From a bacterium (GTDB lineage: Bacteria; Bacteroidota; Ignavibacteria; UBA10030), in NCBI GenBank assembly GCA_043803945.1, contig JAZDJN010000016.1, positions 235,410 through 299,409 on the forward strand: a DNA stretch of 64,000 nt. Direction: 5' to 3'. A program made the translations under genes and the position numbers. Shown piece by piece: positions 31,959-41,371 of the stretch. Numbering within the stretch: the first letter of the stretch is position 1; every line of letters begins with the position of its first letter. Below the pieces are notes generated by a model. That model saw only the letters and a program-made list of their open reading frames with translations. It did not search any database and was not told where the DNA came from.

Positions 31959-33899
31959 TTACTTATCATCAACCACCTCGAAGTCAGCATTCTCAACCTT
32001 TTTTCCAGAATCACCACCTGATTGTTGCTGCTGACTCGCCTCACCGCTCTCCTGAGGACCAGCTTGCTGCTGAGCGCCGGCGGATTTGGCTGATTCATAC
32101 ATCTTAGACGAAGCCTCATTCCAGACATTATTCAATGCCTCCATCTTAGCCTTGATATCGGCGGCGTTACCACCTTTTACAGCTTCATCAAGTGCGTTTG
32201 CGGCACTCTCAATTTTCAACTTCACATCAGCAGGCATCTTATCTCCCAGATCCTTAAGCTGTTTTTTTGTTTGGAAGACCAGATTGTCCGCCTGATTCTT
32301 CGTCTCGATTTCCTCTTTCCTCTTTTTATCTTCTGCCGAATGAGCCTGTGCATCAGTTTTCATCTTATCGATCTCCTCCTTCGTCAGACCGCTCGAAGAG
32401 GTGATGCGGATGCTCTGTTCCTTGTTTGTTGCCTTATCTTTTGCAGAGACGTGGAGAATACCGTTTGCGTCGATATCAAAAGTTACTTCAATCTGTGGTA
32501 TACCGCGGGGTGCAGGCGGAATTCCATCGAGATGGAATCGGCCAAGAGTTCTATTATCGAGTGCCATCGGTCGTTCACCCTGAAGGATATTGATTTCAAC
32601 AGAGGGCTGGCTATCCGAGGCAGTAGAGAATATTTCACTCTTTCGGGTCGGAATCGTGGTATTCGCCTGAATCATCTGTGTCATCACACCACCCAGAGTC
32701 TCAATGCCGAGCGTCAATGGAGTCACATCGAGCAGGAGTACATCGGTCACATCGCCTGAAAGCACGCCGCCCTGAATCGCGGCACCGACAGCGACAACCT
32801 CGTCCGGGTTCACACCTTTATGACCTTCTCTTCCAAAGATCTCCTTCACGAGCAGTTGGACGCGTGGTATTCTCGTCATACCACCAACGAGAATAACCTC
32901 GTCGATCTGGCTGGGATTCAATCCTGAATCTTTCATCGCTTTCTCAACCGGCGGTACACATCGTTGGATGAGATCTTCAACAAGCTGCTCGAATTTAGCG
33001 CGTGTGAGATTCATATTGAGATGCTTCGGCCCATCGGCAGTTGCCGTAATGAATGGCAGGTTGATTTCTGTTTGCATCAACTGCGATAATTCCATCTTTG
33101 CCTTCTCTGCGGCTTCGCGCAAGCGTTGAAGTGCCATCGGATCCTTGCGCAGGTCGATTCCTTCCTGCTGCCTGAATTCATCAGCAATATATTCCAGAAC
33201 GCGCATATCAAAATTATCGCCGCCCAGATGAGTATCGCCATTGGTTGATTTGACTTCAAAAACCCCTTCTCCTAATTCGAGGATGGAGATATCGAAAGTT
33301 CCACCGCCAAGATCAAACACGGCAACTTTCATATCCTTATTCTTTTTATCCAGTCCATAGGCCAGAGCGGCAGCAGTAGGTTCGTTTATTATTCTTCGAA
33401 CATTCAACCCGGCTATTTCGCCTGCTTCCTTCGTCGCCTGCCGCTGAGCATCATTGAAGTATGCCGGAACTGTAATGACTGCTTCCGTAATCTTTGTGCC
33501 CAGGTAGTCTTCGGCAGTCTGTTTCATCTTCTGGAGAACCATTGCAGAAATCTCAGGGGGTGAATACACGCGGTCGCTTAGCTGTACGCGTGCCGTATTA
33601 TTCTCGCCATGAACCACCTTGTAGGGGACGAGTTTCATCTCCTCATTCACCTCGTTAAAAAATCTTCCCATGAATCGCTTAATGGAGAAGACCGTATTCT
33701 GTGAATTCGTCACAGCCTGTCGTTTGGCGGCAGCACCAACAAGCCGTTCCCCCGATTTGGGGAATCCAACGACCGACGGGGTTGTGCGTGCACCTTCCGC
33801 ATTTGCAATCACAACCGGATCATTACCCTCCATTACCGCAACAACGGAATTCGTTGTCCCAAGGTCTATTCCAATAATTTTTGTTGATTTGTTTGACAT
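31959..33899 (-). CDS. dnaK: Chaperone DnaK
   Basis: [29 protein letters not shown]-terminal ADFEVVD. Confidence 0.99.
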   Translation of the reverse strand: MSNKSTKIIGIDLGTTNSVVAVMEGNDPVVIANAEGARTTPSVVGFPKSGERLVGAAAKRQAVTNSQNTVFSIKRFMGRFFNEVNEEMKLVPYKVVHGENNTARVQLSDRVYSPPEISAMVLQKMKQTAEDYLGTKITEAVITVPAYFNDAQRQATKEAGEIAGLNVRRIINEPTAAALAYGLDKKNKDMKVAVFDLGGGTFDISILELGEGVFEVKSTNGDTHLGGDNFDMRVLEYIADEFRQQEGIDLRKDPMALQRLREAAEKAKMELSQLMQTEINLPFITATADGPKHLNMNLTRAKFEQLVEDLIQRCVPPVEKAMKDSGLNPSQIDEVILVGGMTRIPRVQLLVKEIFGREGHKGVNPDEVVAVGAAIQGGVLSGDVTDVLLLDVTPLTLGIETLGGVMTQMIQANTTIPTRKSEIFSTASDSQPSVEINILQGERPMALDNRTLGRFHLDGIPPAPRGIPQIEVTFDIDANGILHVSAKDKATNKEQSIRITSSSGLTKEEIDKMKTDAQAHSAEDKKRKEEIETKNQADNLVFQTKKQLKDLGDKMPADVKLKIESAANALDEAVKGGNAADIKAKMEALNNVWNEASSKMYESAKSAGAQQQAGPQESGEASQQQQSGGDSGKKVENADFEVVDDK

Positions 33900-34071
33900 T
33901 ATTCTTACTCCTTCAAATGTTGATGCGGTTTACCTCCGCTACGGTACTTCAGTATCATCGATCTGTAGAATTAAAATCGTTGTCTGTGCACTCAACTCCG
34001 ATTGCTTCAGGCACCGATTTCTGTTCACCAGTCATAATGTAGGAATATTTCTCCACTTTGTTACATAAGGA

Positions 34072-34102
34072 AGTCGAGTCCACTCCCACCATGGACTCGA
34101 CT
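34072..34102. terminator. Perfect 11-bp hairpin between hsp20 and dnaK
   Basis: AGTCGAGTCCA / TGGACTCGACT. No strong U-tract, so it may be an mRNA stability element instead. Confidence 0.45.
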
Positions 34103-34157
34103 GATGTTACTCATCCTTATGCTGTATGAACTGAGCATGAATCCGAGAAAGGGGACG

Positions 34158-34643
34158 TTATCTGACTTTCACCTCAATCTGTTTGGGCTTGGTCTCCTCA
34201 GCCTTTGGTATAGAGATCGAAAGTATTCCATTATTGTAGACAGCATCGATTTTATCAGCATGGACTTCTGTGGGGAGATTAAAGGAGCGTTGGAATGAAC
34301 CGTAGCTCCGTTCAACACGGTGATAGTGCTTATCCTTCTCCTCGCTCTCCTGTTTTTTCTCACCTCTAATTGTCAGGATGTTCGACTCAAGGGTTAATTT
34401 TACATCCTCCTTCTTAACACCTGAAAGTTCTACCTTGACGATAAACTCGTTATCGCTCTCCGCAATATCGACTGCCGGTGTCCAAAGCGAGAGACTGGTT
34501 GATTCGTCGGCCTGTGCTCCACCACGGAAAAAGTTTTCGAACATTTTATTGATTTCCCTCTGCATTGTAAAAACGTCAGAGGGCCATGTCGCAAGCTCGC
34601 GAGCTGGATTCCATCGAATAAGTGACATGATGATACCCTCCAT
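34158..34643 (-). CDS. Hsp20/alpha-crystallin small heat-shock protein
   Basis: WTPAVDIAE, ERSYGSFQRSF, NGILSISIPK, KQIEV. Confidence 0.95.
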   Translation of the reverse strand: MEGIIMSLIRWNPARELATWPSDVFTMQREINKMFENFFRGGAQADESTSLSLWTPAVDIAESDNEFIVKVELSGVKKEDVKLTLESNILTIRGEKKQESEEKDKHYHRVERSYGSFQRSFNLPTEVHADKIDAVYNNGILSISIPKAEETKPKQIEVKVR

Positions 34644-34660
34644 ATTTTGAAAATAGTAAA

Positions 34661-35075
34661 TTATGAAATGTGGATAATACGTGATTTATATGATTCGTTT
34701 TTCGTGATACCCAGTGTCAGAACACCATCCACAAACTCTGCCTGGATAGATTCATGATCGACACCAGAGCCGAGAGTGAATTCGCGCCGGTACAACTTTT
34801 TCCCGATCTCGCCAAAGAGCACGGCAGCCTCTCCTCTCCTGGATGTCGATCGTAGCTTGTATCAACAGTTGACCGGATTTGGCCGTCACTTGAATGGCAT
34901 CCTTCGAAACACCGGGCATATCGAGTTTCACCACGAAACTTTCCTCGGTCTCAAAGATATCGGCCGAAGGAGTGACAATGGTTTCGGCAAGATCCCGGTA
35001 TTTCACCAGTGCCTGTGTTCCAGCCTTCATCAGGGCTGTCTGATTCTTGAATCCCATAATACTTCCTCCAGGCAA
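34661..35075 (-). pseudogene. Hsp20 family gene with two apparent frameshifts
   Basis: N-half TPSADIFETEESFVVKLDMPGV. After a shift near 34835 another frame reads GEIGKKLYRREFTLGSGVDHESIQAEFVDGVLTL. A second shift at an A6 run (~34700) gives KSRIIHIS*. Confidence 0.78.
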
Positions 35076-35480
35076 TTACTTAATCTCGATTGACTTTGGT
35101 TTGGCAACCTCGGATTTCTTCAGAGTGATCCGAAGAAGACCATTTGATAACTCTGCCGAGATGGACGTGAGATCAACTTCCCGGGGGAGCCGAATGGAGC
35201 GTGAGAAATTCTGGACACGCATCTCATTTAGCAGAATTTTAGCATTCTCCGGTATTTCATAAGCCTTGCGCTCACCACTGATATTCAAAATATCATCTTC
35301 CACCGACAGCTTGATATCTTCTTTCTTCACTCCAGGGAGTTCAACGAAAATTTGATAGTCATTTTCCTCTTCGGTGATATCGAGCGATGGGCAATGACAT
35401 GAACGAGGGTTATTCTCCGCGGCAAGAAATTCGTCAAAAAGTCGGCTCGTTGTTCTTGGGTATTCAAATCGTACTAGCAT
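35076..35480 (-). CDS. Hsp20/alpha-crystallin small heat-shock protein
   Basis: PSLDITE, ELPGVKKEDI, FSRSIRLP, NGLLRITL, KPKSIEIK. Confidence 0.93.
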   Translation of the reverse strand: MLVRFEYPRTTSRLFDEFLAAENNPRSCHCPSLDITEEENDYQIFVELPGVKKEDIKLSVEDDILNISGERKAYEIPENAKILLNEMRVQNFSRSIRLPREVDLTSISAELSNGLLRITLKKSEVAKPKSIEIK

Positions 35481-35529
35481 TGGTAACTCTCCTTAGTATT
35501 AATATTGTTTTTGTTTCACTGCTAACTTA

Positions 35530-35545
35530 TGCAAGCGGTGTGCCA
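35530..35545 (-). promoter_or_regulatory. Sigma54 (-24/-12) promoter of the hsp20-dnaK-clpB operon
   Basis: Minus strand TGGCAC-ACCGC-TTGCA, an exact match to TGGCAC-N5-TTGC, ~50 bp upstream of the first hsp20 ATG. Confidence 0.85.
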
Positions 35546-35627
35546 CGAGAAGCCAGAATATTTTCCTTCAATATTGAGCAATTTGGGATAAACGATAGAA
35601 TAATAATTTCCAACTCAATCCAGGAGC

Positions 35628-35705
35628 GACAAGATGGCAGATATATCGGTAATGTATTCAGGTCAAGTACGCAAAATTGGCAGTCTTTTTCTGCAATATT
35701 TTCAG
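35628..35705. promoter_or_regulatory. Candidate upstream activator sites for the sigma54 promoter
   Basis: Related motifs GACAAGATGGCAG (35628), GCAAAATTGGCAG (35671) and CTGCAATATTTTCAG (35691), 80-160 bp upstream of the -24 box. Confidence 0.5.
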
Positions 35706-35809
35706 ATATCCTTGTGGAAAGTTTCTTGATTCTCTTCGCTCTTTTCTTTATCCTCTTTGGTGTTTTTCCTAATTCAGTGAGCTCAGTAATCGTTGAGGGT
35801 CAGAAGGAT

Positions 35810-37375
35810 ATGAGGAGATGGATTATTTTACTGTTACCATTGTGTGTGGCATTATCGCAGCCGCGTCAGATTCCGAAAGAAGAAAGAGTCGGCTATTCTT
35901 CAATCACCGCAAATGATCTTAGTGCTCATTTACATTTTCTCGCTTCCCAGGAACTGGAAGGAAGGGAGACAGCATACCGGGGACAGAAAGTTGCTGCACG
36001 ATATATCGCTTCGGTTTTTCAAAAATTAGGATTGAAAGCTATTGGTGACAACGGATCATATTTTCAATCCTTTGACATTTTTGTCAGAAAGGTTGACCCA
36101 CGTTCTGCTATAATAGTGCAAACCAGTGGTGGGAAGAGAAACTTTCAAATCCTCAATGATTACCTGACATTTGCCAATCGTGACACTGTGGTTGGCGGCG
36201 GGATTCTCTTCGTTGGCCGCATGGGGAAAGGGCTTGATTCCCTGACCGAGGAACAGACAAAAGGTAAAATTTTACTGGCGTTTCAACAGAAACAAACAGG
36301 CCCCGTGACAAATACACGTGGAATGAGAATTCCACCGACTAGGCTGCTCCCTAAAAATAACGGCGTTCTAGTGATTGCTGATAAAGATGGATCAGGCTCT
36401 CTCGACAGCATGCGTGATAATTACAGATCGCGGATCGAGAAAGGCACTCTCTCCACCGTGCAGCCAAGACCATCTATGGGGATGGGAAGCCAACTTACTT
36501 ACTCCATCAGCTGGGAAATGGCTGAAACCATAGTGAAAGGGACAGGCCAATCCCTGAGTCAACTTGAAGAATCCGCTTCAAATCAGCAATCCGCAAAACC
36601 TATGCTGCTGAATGATATCAGCGTCCAGATCGAATCCAAAATGATTTCAGAAAAGGTGACGTCAGAAAACGTTATTGGATTACTTGAGGGAAGCGATCCG
36701 AAATTAAAAGATGAGTATGTCATCATTACCGCACATTACGATCATCTCGGTGTCGGTGCGAATAGAGTTGTGAATCCAGGTGCTGACGATGATGGCTCCG
36801 GAACTATCGGCGTGCTCGAGTTGGCTGAAGCCTTTGCCTTAAATCCGGTAAAACCAAAACGCTCCATTATTTTTATGCCGGTGACAGGTGAAGAGAAGGG
36901 ACTTTGGGGATCATCCTATTATACACAGAATCCTATAATCCCCCTCGAGAAGATCATCTCGGATCTCAATATCGATATGATTGGCAGGATTGATCCAAAG
37001 TACGACAGCTTGAGCAATCCAAACTATATCTATGTTATTGGCTCCAACAGGATAAGCACAGAGCTTGATCAGATACTTGTTAAGGCAAATAAAGAGTCTG
37101 AAAACCTGATTCTGGATTACAAGTACAACGATCCTAAGGATCCGAATAATTTCTATCAGCGAAGCGACCATTACAATTTTGCAAATAAAGGCATACCAAT
37201 CATTTTCTTTTTCAATGGCACGCATGCTGATTATCATCGGCCCACAGATACGGTTGATAAGATTAATTTTGCCAAGATGGAAAAGATCACCAGGCTCATT
37301 TATCACACTGCCTGGAAAGTGGCTAACGGACAGCATCCGCCCAAAAAAGATGTGAAACAAGCTTCATCAAAGTGA
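35810..37375 (+). CDS. M28 family secreted aminopeptidase
   Basis: Signal peptide MRRWIILLL, LEGRET, TAHYDHLG, GADDDGSG, GEEKGLWGS, RSDHY, YHRPTD. Start corrected to ATG 35810. Confidence 0.93.
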   Translation: MRRWIILLLPLCVALSQPRQIPKEERVGYSSITANDLSAHLHFLASQELEGRETAYRGQKVAARYIASVFQKLGLKAIGDNGSYFQSFDIFVRKVDPRSAIIVQTSGGKRNFQILNDYLTFANRDTVVGGGILFVGRMGKGLDSLTEEQTKGKILLAFQQKQTGPVTNTRGMRIPPTRLLPKNNGVLVIADKDGSGSLDSMRDNYRSRIEKGTLSTVQPRPSMGMGSQLTYSISWEMAETIVKGTGQSLSQLEESASNQQSAKPMLLNDISVQIESKMISEKVTSENVIGLLEGSDPKLKDEYVIITAHYDHLGVGANRVVNPGADDDGSGTIGVLELAEAFALNPVKPKRSIIFMPVTGEEKGLWGSSYYTQNPIIPLEKIISDLNIDMIGRIDPKYDSLSNPNYIYVIGSNRISTELDQILVKANKESENLILDYKYNDPKDPNNFYQRSDHYNFANKGIPIIFFFNGTHADYHRPTDTVDKINFAKMEKITRLIYHTAWKVANGQHPPKKDVKQASSK

Positions 37376-37376
37376 G

Positions 37377-38153
37377 ATGTATTCTAAAGAGGAATTACAG
37401 CGCGGTCTTTCGACTCGGTTGATCGGGAGGAAGCTCTTCGTTTTCGACCACATCGACTCGACGAACACGTGTGCTAAAGCGTTAGGCGATGCCGGAACGG
37501 ACGAAGGTGCGGTTGTCTTAACCGATTTTCAGACACAGGGGAAAGGCCGATTGGGCCGAACTTGGAATGCAGAACCGGGATCAAATCTTCTCTTCACGGT
37601 GCTTCTGAGGCCCCAGCTTGCCGAGGAGACTTCCAATCTTCTTACTTTTTTTGCTGCTGTTGCTGTAGCAAAGGCAATCGAGTTCGTCACAAAACGTACT
37701 ATCGAATGCAAATGGCCAAACGACCTTCTGCTGAATGGGAAAAAATGCTGCGGTATTCTGCTGGAAAGCTCTTTCAAAAAAAACAAACTCGATTATTCTG
37801 TCATCGGTATCGGCCTCAATGTGAATCAGAAGGTTTTTACGCCTGAACTGTCGCTCTCAGCGACTTCTCTTGCACAGGAATGTGAAGCCGAATTTGACCG
37901 TAAGCAACTCTTGCACAGAATTCTCGAACAAATGGATTTTCTCTATGATGATGTTCGTGTCGGACAATTTGATCGGGTCTTATCAGAATGGCAGGAGCGC
38001 TCTTCGATGATCGGCAAATCCGTCACGGTGAGCGGGTATAACAACTCATTCACCGGTACCGTCATGAGTATCAGTACCAATGGCGGCCTTATCATCAAAA
38101 CTGCCAGGGGATTAGCAACGGTGTATGCCGGAGATGTTCAAATCAATCAATGA
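37377..38153 (+). CDS. birA: Biotin-[acetyl-CoA-carboxylase] ligase
   Basis: DSTN, QTQGKGRLGRTW, KWPNDLL, GIGLNVN. Confidence 0.95.
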   Translation: MYSKEELQRGLSTRLIGRKLFVFDHIDSTNTCAKALGDAGTDEGAVVLTDFQTQGKGRLGRTWNAEPGSNLLFTVLLRPQLAEETSNLLTFFAAVAVAKAIEFVTKRTIECKWPNDLLLNGKKCCGILLESSFKKNKLDYSVIGIGLNVNQKVFTPELSLSATSLAQECEAEFDRKQLLHRILEQMDFLYDDVRVGQFDRVLSEWQERSSMIGKSVTVSGYNNSFTGTVMSISTNGGLIIKTARGLATVYAGDVQINQ

Positions 38154-38175
38154 ACAAGTCCCGGAGGAATACTCT

Positions 38176-38970
38176 ATGCTCTTAGCAATCGATATCGGAA
38201 ATACCCATACAGTGTTTGGTGTCTATCGCGGTTCTTCACTTATCGTTGACTGGCGTGTGACCAGTATGCTCCAGCGTACGGAGGACGAGATTGGAACGCA
38301 GGTAAAACTCTTCCTCGAAGAGGCAAAGATTCCGTTAAAAAAGATCACCGGTGTCGGAATTTCCTCTGTGGTACCAAACCTCACCGATATCTTCACCATG
38401 ATGTCCAGAAAATATTTTCATAAAGAACCTCTCATTGTCTCATCGGCTCTCGATCTGGGAATCACGATTCATTATGACGATCCAAATTCCGTCGGTGCCG
38501 ACAGGCTTTGTAATGCTATCGCCGGGTACTCAAGGTTCGGTGGTCCCTTGATCATTATTGATTTTGGTACTGCAACCACCTACGACGTTATTGATAGCAA
38601 CGGAGATTATCTGGGAGGTGCCATCGCTCCGGGAGTCGAAACATCGGCTGTCGATCTTCACCGCCGGGCTGCCAAACTTCCAAAAATCGAGCTTCGCTTC
38701 CCAAAAGCCCTCATAGGGCAGGATACCGTTACCAGTATGCAGGCAGGGATAATGTATGGTGCTGTTGATGCAATGGATGGTATGGTAGAGCGGCTGCAGA
38801 AGGCCCTGCGTGAGATGAATAAGAAACCTGCCATGGTGATCGCTACAGGAGGATTCTCGAAGCTCCTCTCCAGCCAATCCAATGTTATCTCGGAGTGTGT
38901 TCCTTCGCTGGTCCTGGATGGTTTGAGATTGATTTTCGAGCGTATTGAGAAGGGAAAAAATAAGCTATAA
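38176..38970 (+). CDS. coaX: Type III pantothenate kinase
   Basis: LLAIDIGNT, VGADR, IDFGTATT, GGAIAPG, ATGG. Confidence 0.96.
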   Translation: MLLAIDIGNTHTVFGVYRGSSLIVDWRVTSMLQRTEDEIGTQVKLFLEEAKIPLKKITGVGISSVVPNLTDIFTMMSRKYFHKEPLIVSSALDLGITIHYDDPNSVGADRLCNAIAGYSRFGGPLIIIDFGTATTYDVIDSNGDYLGGAIAPGVETSAVDLHRRAAKLPKIELRFPKALIGQDTVTSMQAGIMYGAVDAMDGMVERLQKALREMNKKPAMVIATGGFSKLLSSQSNVISECVPSLVLDGLRLIFERIEKGKNKL

Positions 38971-39717
38971 CCGCGCTTTTAATTCCTTGATCCGTGCTTC
39001 GAACTCATTCATGACTCTCTTAATCTCACCAATGTCTTCGTGACGTGCATAGAGATGCTGGCTAAGTTCAAGAAAACTTCGCATTCCTATTTCCAGAGCT
39101 TTAGTTGCTTCCTCTACTTCCAGAATGCGATCGGTCTCACTAGAGGATCCTCTGTCAGATCCTTGCTGTTGCTTGGAGTGCGTTGATTCATAAATCGCCG
39201 CGAGATGAGCAAACGCTGTATTAAGTACGGGGGTGACAATATTGATTGCTTGTTGGACGGAATCGGTGGCTTCCCGGTTTAACAGTATCTCTTTTTGTAC
39301 CCTCTCCTCTTCATCCTTCTTTGAAACTCTATATACATAGCGTTCATGTGTCGCTTCAATAAGATTGTGCAGCATCAGAATATCGGTTGATTCTTTTCGG
39401 GCATAGTCATACGCACCGAGCTTCATTGCCTCCACAGCAATGATTTCAGAGCCTGCTCCCGTTAACATGACAACCGGTATTGAGATATTCCTGGCGATGA
39501 TCCATTCCAATACCTCGAGCCCATTCATCTCAGGCATACGATAATCGAGTAAAATAACATCGAAGACCTGGATTTCATCCCCAAGAATTTTGATGGCTTC
39601 CTCACCCGACATCGCCAGGGTCGTCTGATAGTTATATTCTTCTGTTAAACCATAAGAAAGGACTTCGATGTAAGAGCGTTCGTCGTCAACGAGTAGGATT
39701 CGAAGATTTGATGCCAT
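38965..39717 (-). CDS. Response regulator with helical C-terminal (degenerate DHp-like) domain
   Basis: ILLVDDE, LLDYRMP, MLTGAGSE, AMKLGAYDY. Start inferred at MASNL. Confidence 0.85.
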   Translation of the reverse strand: MASNLRILLVDDERSYIEVLSYGLTEEYNYQTTLAMSGEEAIKILGDEIQVFDVILLDYRMPEMNGLEVLEWIIARNISIPVVMLTGAGSEIIAVEAMKLGAYDYARKESTDILMLHNLIEATHERYVYRVSKKDEEERVQKEILLNREATDSVQQAINIVTPVLNTAFAHLAAIYESTHSKQQQGSDRGSSSETDRILEVEEATKALEIGMRSFLELSQHLYARHEDIGEIKRVMNEFEARIKELKARL

Positions 39718-39776
39718 ATTCAAACCATGGGCGGTTCCCATAGTTTTCCCCCTACACAAAACAATAATGACAGAGT

Positions 39777-39814
39777 AAAAAGAGCCTCTCGCTTCCTATC
39801 CGAAGGAGAGGCTC
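39777..39814 (-). terminator. Intrinsic terminator of the nuo operon
   Basis: GAGCCTCTC/GAGAGGCTC stem followed by T5 on the minus strand, just after nuoN. Confidence 0.7.
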
Positions 39815-39831
39815 ATGGTTAGAACAATTCG

Positions 39832-41328
39832 TTATCGTGCGCCAACCATCATCACCGATGCATTTGCAAGATCCACAATCGGTGCATAGAACAATCCGAA
39901 CAGCACAGTCGGAATCATTAACACAAATAGGAAAACAATCTGAGGTACCGAAAATTGAATCGGCGTTGCATGCTTTTCTGGATCACGTAAAAATATATTA
40001 CGTATGACGCGGACGTAAAAGTAGAGTGACACAACACTATTTAATGCACCGACGATGGCCAACCAGATCCATCGTGCATCGAGCAATGCGGCGAAGAGAA
40101 AGAGTTTTCCGATGAATCCCGCAGTCGGCGGTAAACCGGCAAGCGATATGAAAAAGATCACCATTGCCACACTGATCATCGGCGATCGGTATCCCATCCC
40201 CTTGTAAGAATCAATATCTTCTTTCCCTGTCTTCGATTCGATAAGCATAACGACATAGAATGCACCCAGGTTCATGAACAGATATACGATGAAGTAGATG
40301 AGCACTGCGGCGATTCCCTTATCGCTCAGCACGACGACTCCCATTAACATATAACCGGCATGAGCAATGCTCGAGTACGCAAGAAGCCTTTTCAGATTAT
40401 CCTGCCAGACTGCGACGAGATTTCCAAGGGTCATCGTCAGCACTGAGAGAATCGCAACGATCTTGTTCCATTCCAAGCCCTGTAATGTTACCCAGAGAGC
40501 GGAGGGTAATCCGGGAACGGTGAAATCAAAAAACGACATCTTGAAAAATCGAATCAACATCGCGAACCCTGCAGCTTTCGATGCCACTGAGAGGAACGCG
40601 GTAATGGTAATAGGTGCACCCTCATAGACATCCGGAGTCCAGAAATGAAATGGGACTGCGGAGATCTTATATCCAAAGCCCACGAGAATAAAAATGATCG
40701 CGATGAGTAAAGCAATCGGATTTACCGGCATCATCGTTAAAGCCCTATTGATGCCATAAACGTCCGTCGCACCGGTCAGACCAAAGAGAATAGACATGCC
40801 ATACAGCATCACTCCCGACGAGAGCGCTCCATAGATGATATATTTCAATGCTGCTTCGCTTGAGTCGGAAGCTTCGCGGGTATATCCTGCAACCACGTAA
40901 GAACTCAAACTCGTTAACTCGATCGCCAACACCATCATCAGGAGGCTCGTGGCACCGGCCATAAGAAACATGCCGAGCGTCATCGAAACAATCAGCGTTG
41001 AGTATTCCATTAACCGATTAATGGTCGAACGAACCTCCGACGAGTAGAGGGAAAAAAGCAGGATGAGAAAAGCTGACATACCGACAATCAGTTTGAAAAA
41101 AGAGGCAAACGGATCGAGAGCCAGCATCCCAGAGAATAGGGCCTGTGACGTGCCCATTTGTTTGACCACAAAATACAGGGAAACGAGTATTCCCACACCG
41201 GAGAGTACCGGAACAATTTGTGGTCTCTTGGTAGCAATTAACCCGGCGAGCAGCGTTACGCAGACCGTTGCCGTCAGAATCGTCTCCGGGAGGAATAACG
41301 AAAGACTATTGAGAATTTGTTCAGTCAT
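39832..41328 (-). CDS. nuoN: NADH-quinone oxidoreductase subunit N
   Basis: EAALKY, KISAVPFHFWTPDVYEGAP, KRLLAYSSIAHAGY. Confidence 0.96.
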   Translation of the reverse strand: MTEQILNSLSLFLPETILTATVCVTLLAGLIATKRPQIVPVLSGVGILVSLYFVVKQMGTSQALFSGMLALDPFASFFKLIVGMSAFLILLFSLYSSEVRSTINRLMEYSTLIVSMTLGMFLMAGATSLLMMVLAIELTSLSSYVVAGYTREASDSSEAALKYIIYGALSSGVMLYGMSILFGLTGATDVYGINRALTMMPVNPIALLIAIIFILVGFGYKISAVPFHFWTPDVYEGAPITITAFLSVASKAAGFAMLIRFFKMSFFDFTVPGLPSALWVTLQGLEWNKIVAILSVLTMTLGNLVAVWQDNLKRLLAYSSIAHAGYMLMGVVVLSDKGIAAVLIYFIVYLFMNLGAFYVVMLIESKTGKEDIDSYKGMGYRSPMISVAMVIFFISLAGLPPTAGFIGKLFLFAALLDARWIWLAIVGALNSVVSLYFYVRVIRNIFLRDPEKHATPIQFSVPQIVFLFVLMIPTVLFGLFYAPIVDLANASVMMVGAR

Positions 41329-41371
41329 AGTTCAACGCGCATTCATATTTCAAGAGAAAATCTTAATACCC

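Noticed and set aside
33984-34008. CIRCE-like GCACTC...GATTGCT upstream of dnaK
   Set aside because: The spacer is 6 nt rather than 9 and the outer TTA/TAA arms are missing.
35387-35809. 141-aa N-terminal extension of the M28 peptidase ORF
   Set aside because: It overlaps hsp20 and the sigma54 promoter region. A signal peptide and RBS support ATG 35810.
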